The notes below the pieces were generated by a model. That model saw nothing but the letters and a program-made list of their open reading frames with translations, did no database searches and was not told where the DNA came from. 64,000 nucleotides of DNA from an uncultured Gemmatimonadales bacterium (GTDB lineage: Bacteria > Gemmatimonadota > Gemmatimonadetes > Longimicrobiales > RSA9). Made by a program: the position numbers and the translations under genes. Below are positions 9,331-18,294 of this stretch, one piece after another. The DNA lies in NCBI GenBank assembly GCA_963728445.1, contig CAVSJO010000003.1, forward strand, positions 30,083-94,082. Direction: 5' to 3'. Numbering within the stretch: position 1 is the stretch's first letter; each line of letters begins with the position of its first letter.

Positions 9331-10671
9331 ATGGCCTCGACGAGAATCCTGTACTCCGCCCTGTTTGTGATGCTTGCGTTCGCAATCGGGGCGTGCGGGC
9401 CGTCGCCACGACCGACGGCGCCCGCCCCGAAGCAGGCGCAGGGCGCTGCGGCCACACCCAGGGCCCTCCGGGAGCGGCTCGAAGCCACGCGAACGCTCGT
9501 GCAGGCGACCCCGTCCGAGGTGGGCATGAGCCCGGCGCTGAACGCGACGCTCGACTCCATCATGCGCACCGGCATCGCCGAGGGCGCGGCGCCGGGCGCC
9601 GCCCTCGCCGTCGGGCGCTACGGCCGGCTCGTGCACCTGAAAGGGTACGGCCGCATCGACGTCGCGCCGGACGCGCCGCCGGTCACCGACTCGACGCTCT
9701 ACGACATGGCGTCCGTCACGAAGGTCGTGGCCACGACGACGTCGGCCATGATCCTGGAGGAGGAGGGCCTCCTGGACATCGACCGGCCCGTCGCCGACTA
9801 CCTGCCCGAGTTCGACGCGCCGGACAAGGCGGCCATCACCGTCCGCATGCTCCTCGAGCACCGGGGCGGCCTCGAAGCGTTCGCCGCACTCTGGAAGGAC
9901 ACGCGCGGGCGTGAGGACTACCTGCGGAAGATCAACGCACGTCCCCTGGCGTACACGCCCGGCGACAGCACCGTCTACAGCGACTGGGACTTCGTGCTCA
10001 CCGGGCTGATCGTCGAGCGGCTCTCCGGCGAGCCCCTCGACCGGTTCGTACGCGAGCACGTGTTCGGGCCCCTGGGGATGGACGACAGCGGCTTCAATCC
10101 CCTTGCGACGTCGCCGATCCTGGCGGACACCGACTGCACGGCGGCGTTCCACGCCGGCGACCCGCGGCTCGACGGCATCGCGTTCACCGAGGTGGACACC
10201 GTCTACCGTCACACGCACGTGCACGGAGTCGTGCACGACGAGAACGCGTGCGCGCTGGGCGGCGTCGCGGGGCACGCCGGGCTCTTCTCGAGTGCCCGGG
10301 ACATGGCCGTGTTCGCGCAGATGATGCTGAACGGCGGCCGCTACGGGGACGCCCGCATCCTCGAGCCGACGACCATCGCCCGCTGGACCGCTCGGCAGAA
10401 CCCCGACGCGAGCCGCGCGCTGGGGTGGGACACGCCGTCTCCGCCGTCCAGCGCCGGACGCTACTTCTCGCCCCGCTCCTTCGGGCACACGGGCTTCACG
10501 GGGACGAGCGTGTGGATGGATCCCGAGCGCGGGGTGTTCGTGGTGCTGCTCACGAACCGGGTCGACCCGACGCGGGCGAATTCCCGGCACGCGGCGCTCA
10601 GGCGCGACGTCGCCGACGCCGTCCAGAAGGCGATCCTGGACGCGCCGCTGATCGAGTGGCGGGAGCGGTAG
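9331..10671 (+). CDS. Serine hydrolase, beta-lactamase/AmpC fold (AmiE/EstA-like) lipoprotein
   Basis: Lipobox AIGAC, SxxK in MASVTK, YSD, HGVVHDENA, GHAGLFS, FGHTGFTG and LLTNR. Confidence 0.85.
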   Translation: MASTRILYSALFVMLAFAIGACGPSPRPTAPAPKQAQGAAATPRALRERLEATRTLVQATPSEVGMSPALNATLDSIMRTGIAEGAAPGAALAVGRYGRLVHLKGYGRIDVAPDAPPVTDSTLYDMASVTKVVATTTSAMILEEEGLLDIDRPVADYLPEFDAPDKAAITVRMLLEHRGGLEAFAALWKDTRGREDYLRKINARPLAYTPGDSTVYSDWDFVLTGLIVERLSGEPLDRFVREHVFGPLGMDDSGFNPLATSPILADTDCTAAFHAGDPRLDGIAFTEVDTVYRHTHVHGVVHDENACALGGVAGHAGLFSSARDMAVFAQMMLNGGRYGDARILEPTTIARWTARQNPDASRALGWDTPSPPSSAGRYFSPRSFGHTGFTGTSVWMDPERGVFVVLLTNRVDPTRANSRHAALRRDVADAVQKAILDAPLIEWRER

Positions 10672-10676
10672 CGCGA

Positions 10677-10710
10677 AAGCGGGCGACGGGCGGGGCCCCG
10701 TCGCCCGCTT
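10677..10710 (+). terminator. GC-rich hairpin after the serine hydrolase gene
   Basis: Perfect 14-bp inverted repeat AAGCGGGCGACGGG / CCCGTCGCCCGCTT with a 6-nt loop, 6 nt after the stop; weak U-tract. Confidence 0.55.
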
Positions 10711-10725
10711 CGGGCTACGGAACGG

Positions 10726-11027
10726 GCTTTCCGGCATCCCGGTGAGTTGCCCGGGACGACTGGCGTCGCTCATCCGTGGTGGCCGCCCGGCGATGTTGAA
10801 GTCCGGCTTGCCAGGGGGATTAGCCACGTGGTCGTGGCCGGGCACGGTCGCCGAGTCGGTGTGCCGTTGCGCCCGTCATGGAGGCAATAACGCGAGTCGG
10901 GTCTGCTGCGAGCGGGAGTCGGGTCTGCTGCGAGCGGGAGTCGGGTCTGCTGTGAGCGGGAGTCGGGGCCGCCGCGGACGGCGACCAGGGCCGGATCATC
11001 GCGGCGCCATCCGGGAGCTTTCCGGCA
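10726..11027. mobile_element. Possible MITE-like 280-bp insert bounded by 11-bp direct repeats
   Basis: GCTTTCCGGCA at 10726-10736 and 11017-11027. Immediately inside are TCCCGG (10737) and CCGGGA (11011), a 6-bp terminal inverted repeat. Confidence 0.3.
10894..10967. repeat. 22-bp tandem repeat x3.4
   Basis: GAGTCGGGTCTGCTG(C/T)GAGCGG at 10894, 10916 and 10938, plus a partial copy at 10960. Confidence 0.95.
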
Positions 11028-11033
11028 ACAGTG

Positions 11034-11063
11034 TTGACGCCGGTGATCCCGCCGCCATACGCT
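11034..11063 (+). promoter_or_regulatory. Possible sigma70-type promoter for the tandem NTF2 lipoprotein gene
   Basis: TTGACG-N18-TACGCT, about 45 nt upstream of the GGAGG ribosome-binding site and ATG 11110. Confidence 0.35.
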
Positions 11064-11109
11064 GGAGGGCTTCCCGCAGCGCAGATTCCTTCTTTCCGGA
11101 GGTGTGCGC

Positions 11110-12027
11110 ATGACCCGGTTCCCCCTCGTCCTGATGTGCGTCCTGGCGGCCGCGTGCGCGGAAAAGCCCGACCAGGAAGCCGCCCCGTCTGCGACCATGC
11201 AGACGTCCGACGCATCGGCCGACCAGGCTGCTCTCGACAAGGTCCGGGCCGACTACGAATCGAACTACAACAGCCACGACGCGACCCTCGTGGCCAACAT
11301 GTTCACCGACTCTGCGTACGCGCTCTGGGCCGACGGCCACATCAGCAGCTCGCGCGCCGCCGTCGAAGCCCAGATGAAGGAGACGATTAGCGCCGGCTCG
11401 CCGAACCTCTCCCTGAAGAATGGCGACACCATGGTCTTCGGGGACGACGCGGTCTCCCACGGGACGTACTCCGTCAGCGCGAAGGGTCCGGACGGCCAGG
11501 CCACGGCAGCGTCCGGTAGCTACCTTACCTACTTCCATCGCGTGAACGGGGAGTGGAAGATCAACGGCGTCATCACGAACTTCGACGCGCCGCCGCCGGC
11601 AGACATGCCGATGGCGAACGACATGGCGAACCCGCCGCCCGACGACGGGACCATGAAGGACGTCACCACGGCATGGACGAACGCCTTCTCGGCCGGCGAC
11701 TGGGCCACGCTGGCCGGCATGTACACGCAGGATGCCGCCGTCAGCTTCAGCAACGCCCCCGAGATCCGCGGCGGCCAGGCGATCCAGGCCCGCTTCGCCG
11801 ACCGGTACGGCGACTCGAAGCCACAGATCGAGATCCACGACGTCGGCACCGTCGATCTGGGCGACGACCACGCCCTCGACGGCGGCTGGTACGTCGTCCA
11901 CGCCACCACGCCGGACGGAACGATGCAGCAGGGCGGCACATACCTGAACGTCATGCAGAAGCAGGCGGACGGCAGCTGGAAGATCCAGTGGTCCGTCACG
12001 AACGGACAGCCGAAGACGGCGAAGTAG
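11110..12027 (+). CDS. Lipoprotein with two SnoaL/NTF2-like (DUF4440/YybH-like) domains
   Basis: Lipobox LAAAC. Two similar domains end in YFHRVNGEWKI and MQKQADGSWKI; GGAGG upstream of the start. Confidence 0.8.
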   Translation: MTRFPLVLMCVLAAACAEKPDQEAAPSATMQTSDASADQAALDKVRADYESNYNSHDATLVANMFTDSAYALWADGHISSSRAAVEAQMKETISAGSPNLSLKNGDTMVFGDDAVSHGTYSVSAKGPDGQATAASGSYLTYFHRVNGEWKINGVITNFDAPPPADMPMANDMANPPPDDGTMKDVTTAWTNAFSAGDWATLAGMYTQDAAVSFSNAPEIRGGQAIQARFADRYGDSKPQIEIHDVGTVDLGDDHALDGGWYVVHATTPDGTMQQGGTYLNVMQKQADGSWKIQWSVTNGQPKTAK

Positions 12028-12078
12028 CCAGGTACATCGGCGTCCCGCACTCCTCGGAGGCGCGGCGTTTCGATCGGT

Positions 12079-12112
12079 CCGGGGGCCCCGCGCGGGGCCC
12101 CCGGTTCGTTTT
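12079..12112 (+). terminator. Rho-independent terminator
   Basis: CCGGGGGCCCCG / CGGGGCCCCCGG stem followed by TTCGTTTT, about 50 nt after the stop at 12027. Confidence 0.7.
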
Positions 12113-12224
12113 CGTCAGAGCACGGAGGTGGTCCCGACCCATCGCGTCGACGCGCCTCGCCGGTCCCTTGCAACCATGGCAACGCCCCGGGGGGAGGGGT
12201 ATCGAGGGGGCACGCTCCTGCGGC

Positions 12225-12267
12225 GGGGTCGGGGTCGGGGGTCGGGGTCGGGGGTCGGGGTCGGGGG
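12225..12267 (+). repeat. (G4-5 TC)n microsatellite, G-quadruplex-competent
   Basis: Seven G-runs (4,4,5,4,5,4,5) each separated by TC. Confidence 0.85.
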
Positions 12268-12388
12268 CGGGCGACGGTGGGGGCGGCGGCGGGGTGCGGG
12301 GTCGCGAACGCGCCCGTTGGGGCGGCCAACCCGGCCCGGGCGATCGGAGGGCGGCCCCCGCCGTCCCCGCCGCCCCCGCCGCTCCCCC

Positions 12389-12564
12389 GAACGAAATCGG
12401 ACAACGAGCGAAGGGTTCACTCGCGGAATCCCGATTCGTCCCGGTTTTCGAATGAAATCGGCCACCGGGACCGCAGACAAAGACGGCCATTGGCCGATTT
12501 CGCCCGGAATCCGGACGATTTCGGGATCCGGCGAGTCGGAGGCCATCTCGATGGCCGATTTCGT
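12389..12564. repeat. Cluster of interleaved inverted repeats built on GAAATCGG / CCGATTTC
   Basis: ACGAAATCGG (12391), GAAATCGGCCA (12454), TGGCCGATTTC (12491 and 12552) and CGATTTCGG (about 12516). Confidence 0.8.
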
Positions 12565-12643
12565 CCGCCGCCGGACTTCCAGGACACGATCCGGCGACTC
12601 GTGACCCGGCCGGCAGGAGGCACATCCCCGATCCGGAGGAAAC

Positions 12644-13861
12644 GTGAGCACAGGACCCGCTGCCGCCGAGAACGACACGACGCCGGGGGCCGCTATGGGC
12701 GGTGCAGCTCGGCCTGTCCACCCGGACGATGGGTCCGGAAGCGAGGCCCGTCGGTCGCTGGCCGGACCGACGTCGTCGAACCGGGAGTCCGATGTCCGCA
12801 TTGCGGAAACGGCCGCCGTCCAGCACGGCGTGATAACGCGTGCGCAGCTCATCGACGTCGGGCTGTCCCCGTCCGCGGTGGGTCGCCGCCTCCGGTCGGG
12901 GCGACTGGTGCGTATCCACGGCGGCGTCTACCGGGTGGGTCCGATGCCGATGCCGCGGGCCGCCGAGGCGGCAGCGGTCCTCGCCTGCGGCCCCGATGCG
13001 CTGATCAGCCACGGGAGTGCTCTCACGATGCTGGGCCTCCGTCGAGGAGCTTCGGGATACTCCAGGTCCACGTCCGTCGATCCTACCGGCCGCGGCCCTA
13101 CCGGCCGCGGCAGCCGGGCGGGCTCCACCGTCAACGAACCCACCGGCCGCGCCCCCACCGGCCGCGGCCCCACTGTCCGCGGCCCCACCGTCCGCGGACC
13201 AACCGGCCCTGCCGCCCCCGTCGACGTCACGGTCGTCGGCAGCCACCGCGGCCGCCGCGCCGGCATCCGGATGCACCGGGTCCGAGAGATGGCAGGGGAG
13301 GACCGAAGTGACCGGGGCGGCATCCCGGTCACCTGCGCCGGACGTACGCTCGTGGACGTCGCCTCGTTCATGGGGACGTCGGACCTGGAGTGGGCCATCG
13401 CAAGGGCCGAGCGGGAGGGACTCGTCGAGCGGGAGGATCTCGTCGCACGGCTCGACCGGTGCAGCGGCCGCCCCGGGTCGCGGGCGCTACGGATGGTGCT
13501 CGGGCATCCCGCGGAACCCGCCATGACGCGGTCGGAAGCCGAGGCGGTATTCCTTCGGCTGATCCGGAATGCAGCCCTCCCGTCGCCGGAGGCGAACGTT
13601 CCGATGGGTGCCTACGAGGTCGACTTCTACTGGCGCGGAGTCGAACTGGCCGTGGAGGTGGACGGGTTCGAGCACCATCGGAGGCGGCCCCGATTCGAGG
13701 GCGACCGGCGGAAGGAGATGTGGCTGGCGAGCCGGGGGATAACGGTCGTGCGGACCTCCTGGCGGCAGGTCACGGAGGAGAGCCTCCCGACGGCCGTCAT
13801 GCTCGGGCAGGCGCTGGCGCTGGCGGAAGCCAGGCGACGCACCGACGACGCACGGGGATGA
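12644..13861 (+). CDS. AbiEi-like winged-helix + DUF559/Vsr-like (PD-(D/E)xK-type) endonuclease fusion, copy 1
   Basis: N-terminal QHGVITRAQL...LVRIHGGVY; middle PVTCAGRTLVD and TRSEAE; C-terminal VDFYW...AVEVDGFEHH...DRRK...RGITVVR. GGAGGA precedes GTG 12644. Confidence 0.85.
   Translation: MSTGPAAAENDTTPGAAMGGAARPVHPDDGSGSEARRSLAGPTSSNRESDVRIAETAAVQHGVITRAQLIDVGLSPSAVGRRLRSGRLVRIHGGVYRVGPMPMPRAAEAAAVLACGPDALISHGSALTMLGLRRGASGYSRSTSVDPTGRGPTGRGSRAGSTVNEPTGRAPTGRGPTVRGPTVRGPTGPAAPVDVTVVGSHRGRRAGIRMHRVREMAGEDRSDRGGIPVTCAGRTLVDVASFMGTSDLEWAIARAEREGLVEREDLVARLDRCSGRPGSRALRMVLGHPAEPAMTRSEAEAVFLRLIRNAALPSPEANVPMGAYEVDFYWRGVELAVEVDGFEHHRRRPRFEGDRRKEMWLASRGITVVRTSWRQVTEESLPTAVMLGQALALAEARRRTDDARG
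13082..13210 (+). repeat. In-frame 15-bp tandem repeats (PTGRG/PTVRG x7) inside the AbiEi-DUF559 gene
   Basis: CCYACYGKCCGCGSM-type units at 13082, 13097, 13139, 13154, 13169, 13184 and a partial unit at 13199. Confidence 0.9.
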
Positions 13862-13895
13862 GGTGCCGACTACGCACCAGGCACAATGACTCCGC

Positions 13896-15527
13896 CTACG
13901 CGGGCCCCGTCGCCCTTCGCACCACCTGCCCCGGGCGCGCCTCGGTGACGTTCCCGTCCTCATACACCACCCGGCCGTTCACCCAGACGCGTGCGATTCC
14001 GACGCTGGTTGCGTGGGGCTGGTCCGGCGTGGCGCGGTCGCGCACGGTGGCGGAGTCGAAGAGGACGAGGTCGGCGTAGGCGCCGGGGCGGATCGTGCCG
14101 CGGTCGCGGATGCCCACGTGGGCGGCCGAGAGTCCGGTCATCTTGTGGACGGCCTGCTCCAGCGTGAGCGTGCCGCTGCGGACGAAGGGGCCCAGCACGC
14201 GCGTGAAGGAGCCGAAGCCGCGGGGGTGCGCACCGTCGAGGGCGCCGTCGGAGCAGACGTTGGAATACGGCCACTGGAGCAGGAAGGCGACGTCGCGCAG
14301 ATCCATGCTCGTGGCGATGATGCTCTCGTCGCCGTCGCTCTTCACGACGCGCTGGACCAGCGCGAGGTACGTCGTGACGGGGTCCTCGCCCCGGTCCCGG
14401 GCGATGTCGGCGAGGGTTCGGCCCTCGTACTGGGGGACGGGCTCGTAGCGGGCGATGCGCATGCCCTCGGGCGGGACGAGCTCGTCGAGGGCGAACGCGG
14501 CGGCGGCGCTGTCCGTGAAGTCCCGCTCCGGGAAGAGCACCGTCATGGTCGACTGCCAGAATGTATATGGGTACACGTCGGCGGTGACCTCCACGCCGCT
14601 GGCCCGGGCGGAATCGAGCTTCGCCAGCAGCCGCGGCGCCTGACCCCACAGGGATTTCATCGCCAGCTTCATGTGCGAGACCTGCACGGGCAGCCCGGCC
14701 TCGCGGCCGACGCGGATCAGCTCGTCGACGGCCTCGAAGAGGTGGCGGTCCTCGCTCCGCATGTGGCTGATGTAGCGTCCGCCGGCGGCGCCCGCCTCCT
14801 TCGCCAGGGCGATCACCTCCTCCGTCGACGAGTAGATGCCGGGGTCGTACTCGAGACCCGTGGATAGCCCGAGGGCGCCGGCGGCCATCTCGCCGCGGAG
14901 CAGGACGCGCATCGAGTCGACCTCCGGCGGCGTCGCCTCGCGGCGGAAGTCGTCGCCCATGACGCGATCCCGGAGCGTGCCATGGCCGACGTACGAGGCC
15001 ACGTTCACCGCCACGCCGGCGCTGTCGACGCGCCGGAAGAATTCGGCAAGCGGGTAGCGGGAGGAGCCGTCCTGGCCGACGACGATGGTCGTCACGCCCT
15101 GGCTCACGTCCGCGAGGGCGTCGGGCATGCGCAGCAGGTCGCGGTCGGAGTGGCTGTGGGTGTCGATGAAGCCCGGCGCGAGGACGAGCCCGCGGCCGTC
15201 GATCACCTCTTCTCCGGGCTCCGCCCGCAGCCTGCCCACCTGCGCGATGCGGTCGCCGCGGACGCGCACGGAGACGCTGCGCGCCTTCCTGCCGGTGCCG
15301 TCCACGACCCGCGCGCCGGTGACGAGGAAGCCCGGCGCGGAGAAGTCGACGTCAGCGACGGAGCCGGCGCCGGGGGCGCCGAGGGCGCCAGGGGGTGCTC
15401 CGTTGGACGCCGCGCCGCCGGGGCCGCCATGGGCGCAGGCGCCGGCCTGGAGCCCGAGGCCGAGCCCGAGGCCGGCGATGACGGTCGCGAGGAACCGCTG
15501 CCGGTACCCGCCACGAACCCGTCGCAT
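13896..15527 (-). CDS. N-acyl-D-amino-acid deacylase (D-aminoacylase-like amidohydrolase), exported
   Basis: Motifs LAPGFIDTHSHSD, SQGVTT, GLSTGLEY, YISHMRSE, CSDG, HPRGFGSF and ADLVLFD; hydrophobic leader ending in GAC. Confidence 0.85.
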   Translation of the reverse strand: MRRVRGGYRQRFLATVIAGLGLGLGLQAGACAHGGPGGAASNGAPPGALGAPGAGSVADVDFSAPGFLVTGARVVDGTGRKARSVSVRVRGDRIAQVGRLRAEPGEEVIDGRGLVLAPGFIDTHSHSDRDLLRMPDALADVSQGVTTIVVGQDGSSRYPLAEFFRRVDSAGVAVNVASYVGHGTLRDRVMGDDFRREATPPEVDSMRVLLRGEMAAGALGLSTGLEYDPGIYSSTEEVIALAKEAGAAGGRYISHMRSEDRHLFEAVDELIRVGREAGLPVQVSHMKLAMKSLWGQAPRLLAKLDSARASGVEVTADVYPYTFWQSTMTVLFPERDFTDSAAAAFALDELVPPEGMRIARYEPVPQYEGRTLADIARDRGEDPVTTYLALVQRVVKSDGDESIIATSMDLRDVAFLLQWPYSNVCSDGALDGAHPRGFGSFTRVLGPFVRSGTLTLEQAVHKMTGLSAAHVGIRDRGTIRPGAYADLVLFDSATVRDRATPDQPHATSVGIARVWVNGRVVYEDGNVTEARPGQVVRRATGPA

Positions 15528-15539
15528 GTTCGACTCTCC

Positions 15540-16214
15540 TCAGGCCCGGAGGGTGAAGGGCGGGTACTCGTCCCGCATCAGCAGCGCGTATGCCTCCACC
15601 CGCAGGCTCCAGGCGAGGACCCCGATGGCGAAGCCGTAGAGGGACGCGGGGTATCGGCCGGTGATGAGGATCGCGGCCCACGCCACGGCCGTCGTGAACG
15701 CCCACACGAGGCTCAGGAGGCACAGCACGAAAGCGTGGGGCAGGACCAGCAGGACGCGGAAGAAGACAGTCAAGCGATCCCGTGGCCCCTCCGGCCGCGA
15801 CAGGTGGAGCTCGACGGGAAAGGCGCCGTCGCCGAAGGGCGGGTAGTCGTCCACGAGGAGCGTCGCGTACGCTATGGCTCGGGCCCGCCAGCGCAGATAG
15901 AAGGAGCACAGCTTCCAGAGCCCGTCCGGGTGTCTGCCCGCGAACACGATGGCGAACCACGCGATGCACGCACACAGCCCGGCGACGACGCCGAGCGCGC
16001 CGCCGGAGCCATAGCCCAGATGCCAGTGCCCCTCCGTGCTCCAGTCGATGGACCCGAAGATCGCTACAGGGCCCCCGACGAGCAGGAGATGGGGAATGGA
16101 CAGGAAGAAGCGGAAGGCCGCCGTGAGCCGGTTCCGTCCCTCCACCTGCGGCCGGATCCCCACGGTCACGGGATAGTCCACCGCGGGGACGTGCGCTTCG
16201 GCGTGTGCGTTCAT
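15540..16214 (-). CDS. DUF4389 domain membrane protein
   Basis: Two repeats ending in R..AY..LL.D.YPPF (RWRARAIAYATLLVDDYPPF; RVEAYALLMRDEYPPF). Confidence 0.85.
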   Translation of the reverse strand: MNAHAEAHVPAVDYPVTVGIRPQVEGRNRLTAAFRFFLSIPHLLLVGGPVAIFGSIDWSTEGHWHLGYGSGGALGVVAGLCACIAWFAIVFAGRHPDGLWKLCSFYLRWRARAIAYATLLVDDYPPFGDGAFPVELHLSRPEGPRDRLTVFFRVLLVLPHAFVLCLLSLVWAFTTAVAWAAILITGRYPASLYGFAIGVLAWSLRVEAYALLMRDEYPPFTLRA

Positions 16215-16342
16215 CGAGGGCTCCGGCTCGGTTGGGGGGCAGACGGCTACAGCATACGCGCCCGGCGCGGGAAACGCACCGGTGGTGTCCCGGTCCCTCT
16301 TGCTCCGTGCGCTCCGCGGACGAATCCTTCAGGGTCCCCATC

Positions 16343-18247
16343 ATGCCTGCGCCGTCCACTGGACCCGTCATGCCGAACGCGCCCACCCGCCGCATCGAAG
16401 CGTTCTTCCACGAGCTGAAGCGACGCCGCGTCTTCCGCGTCGCCGCGGCGTACGTCGTCCTGGCGTTCGCTGCGCTGCAGGGCGTGGACGTCCTGGTGCC
16501 GGCGCTGCACCTGCCCGGCTGGACGACGACGCTCGTCGCCGTGCTCGCGATCGCCGGTTTCATCGTCTCCGTCGGCCTCGCGTGGGCGTTCGACGTGACG
16601 CCGGAGGGGGTGCGCCACACGGAGCCGGCGTCGGAGGATGGCGGCGACACGGGTGCCCCGCGGCCGGACTCGCGGCCCGGCGTCGGGGGGGCTCCGCGGC
16701 CGGAAACGCCGCCCGGCGTCGGGGGGCCTCCGACGGTCCGGGGCCCCGGGGTTTCCGCAGCGCCCGCAGCCGGCGCGGCGCCCGCCGTCGGCGCCCCCAC
16801 GGCCGGCGCGTTCCCCGCGGCGCCGGGCGCGGCGTCGGCGGCGACGCCCACGCCCCCCTGCATCGCCGTGATGCCGTTCCTGAACCTCAGTCCCGACGCC
16901 GCGAACGAGTACTTCGCCGACGGGGTCACCGAGGACATCATCGCCGGTCTGTCCAAGATCCGCTCCCTGCGCGTGATCTCCCGCACGTCGGTGATGCCGT
17001 TCAAGCAGCGGAACGAGAGCCTGCAGAGCATCGCGGCGACGCTGGGCGCGACCACCGTCGTGGACGGCAGCGTGAGACGCGAGGGAGACCGCGTCCGCAT
17101 CGTGGCGGAGCTCATCGACGCGGCGACGGACCGGCACCTGTGGGCCGAGACGTACGACCGCCAGCTCACGGACATCTTCGCCATCCAGTCGGACGTCGCG
17201 GTACGCGTCGCCGCCGCTCTGAAGGCAGAGCTCTCCCTGGACGAGCGGACGCGGATCCGGCGCGAGCCCACACGAAGCGTCGAGGCGTACGAGCTCTACA
17301 ACGAGGCTCGCGCCGAGCTGATCCGGTTCACGCCAACGGGGATGGAGCGGGCGATCGCGCTGTTCGAGCGCGCCCTGGAGATCGATCCTTCCTTCGCTCT
17401 CGCCGAGGCGACGATCGCGATCGCGTACGCGGAGATGGGGGACGGCGGGATGTGGCCGGGCGACGTCGCCCGTGAGCGCGCGACGGCCGCCGCCGACCGC
17501 GCGCTGCGCCTCGATCCCGCGCTCAGCGAGGCGTACACCGCCCGGGGCTACGTCCGCTCACTCTGGGAACACGACCGGGAGGGCGCGGAACGGGACTTCA
17601 AGAAGGCCATCGAGCTGAGCCCCAGCAGCGCCGACGCGTACGACTTCTACGGCCGCCATTGCCGGGCCGTGGGGCGCATGGACGAAGCACTCGAGATGGT
17701 GCGCCGGGCCAAGGAGCTGGATCCGATGACGCACCGGACGGACCTCGCCAACGCGCTGATCCGCGCCGGCCGGTACGCGGAGGCCGCGGCCGAGGCGGAA
17801 GGCGCCGTCGCCTTCGACCCCCGTCATGATCGGGCGCACGCCACCCTCGCGTGGGCCTACCTGAAGCAGGGACAGACCACGGAAGGACTGGCCGAGCTCG
17901 AGAGAGCAGCGGCGCTTTCGCCGGACAGCACGCAGTGGCTGGCGCAGCTGGGGCAGGCGCGCGCCATGACGGGGGACGAAGCCGGGGCCCGGGAGGTCCT
18001 GCACCGGCTGGACGAACGGGCCCGCACGAAGTTCGTCTCCCCCTACCACCGGGCGTTCGTCCATACGGGCCTGGGCGAGCACGATCGCGCCATCGACCTG
18101 CTCGAGCAGTCCGTCCAGCAGGGGACCGGCTCGATCCACGGCATCCGCGGCTCGTTCCTGTTCGAGCCGCTGCGGACGCATCCTCGCTTCAAGGCCCTGG
18201 TGGAGCGCCTGAACGCGGTGGACGCGGAGGCGGCCCCGCCCGGCTGA
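16343..18247 (+). CDS. Membrane-anchored TolB-like-N / TPR protein (adenylate-cyclase regulatory-type module)
   Basis: ELKRRRVFRVAAAY 2-TM anchor, Pro/Ala linker, IAVMPFLNLS...EYFADGVTEDII...VISRTS, DGSVRREGDRVRIVAELID, then TPRs. Confidence 0.8.
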   Translation: MPAPSTGPVMPNAPTRRIEAFFHELKRRRVFRVAAAYVVLAFAALQGVDVLVPALHLPGWTTTLVAVLAIAGFIVSVGLAWAFDVTPEGVRHTEPASEDGGDTGAPRPDSRPGVGGAPRPETPPGVGGPPTVRGPGVSAAPAAGAAPAVGAPTAGAFPAAPGAASAATPTPPCIAVMPFLNLSPDAANEYFADGVTEDIIAGLSKIRSLRVISRTSVMPFKQRNESLQSIAATLGATTVVDGSVRREGDRVRIVAELIDAATDRHLWAETYDRQLTDIFAIQSDVAVRVAAALKAELSLDERTRIRREPTRSVEAYELYNEARAELIRFTPTGMERAIALFERALEIDPSFALAEATIAIAYAEMGDGGMWPGDVARERATAAADRALRLDPALSEAYTARGYVRSLWEHDREGAERDFKKAIELSPSSADAYDFYGRHCRAVGRMDEALEMVRRAKELDPMTHRTDLANALIRAGRYAEAAAEAEGAVAFDPRHDRAHATLAWAYLKQGQTTEGLAELERAAALSPDSTQWLAQLGQARAMTGDEAGAREVLHRLDERARTKFVSPYHRAFVHTGLGEHDRAIDLLEQSVQQGTGSIHGIRGSFLFEPLRTHPRFKALVERLNAVDAEAAPPG

Positions 18248-18294
18248 TCCGGTCGCGCCCCGCTCCGGACCAACGGGGTCAGGCGCCTCCCTCC

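Noticed and set aside
9331-10671. Beta-lactamase-fold genes (also 26170-27690) as antibiotic-resistance genes
   Set aside because: The motifs fit broad serine hydrolase / AmiE / D-aminopeptidase-like families (HTG or HGG in place of KTG); no resistance or mobile context.
9145-10845. 889-aa minus-strand ORF 8176-10845 as one protein; likewise the long versions of 26170-28953, 55540-58677, 29888-32257 and 60974-62251
   Set aside because: The extensions overlap well-supported genes on the other strand or frame, or non-coding repeats. They are stop-poor GC shadow frames; real starts were set by RBS and signal peptides.
10894-10967. 22-bp repeats as a CRISPR array
   Set aside because: The units are head-to-tail with no spacers, and there are no cas genes in the window.
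12644-13861. AbiEi genes as type IV toxin-antitoxin / AbiE phage-defence systems
   Set aside because: No AbiEii-like nucleotidyltransferase is adjacent to either copy; both are followed by convergent unrelated hydrolases.
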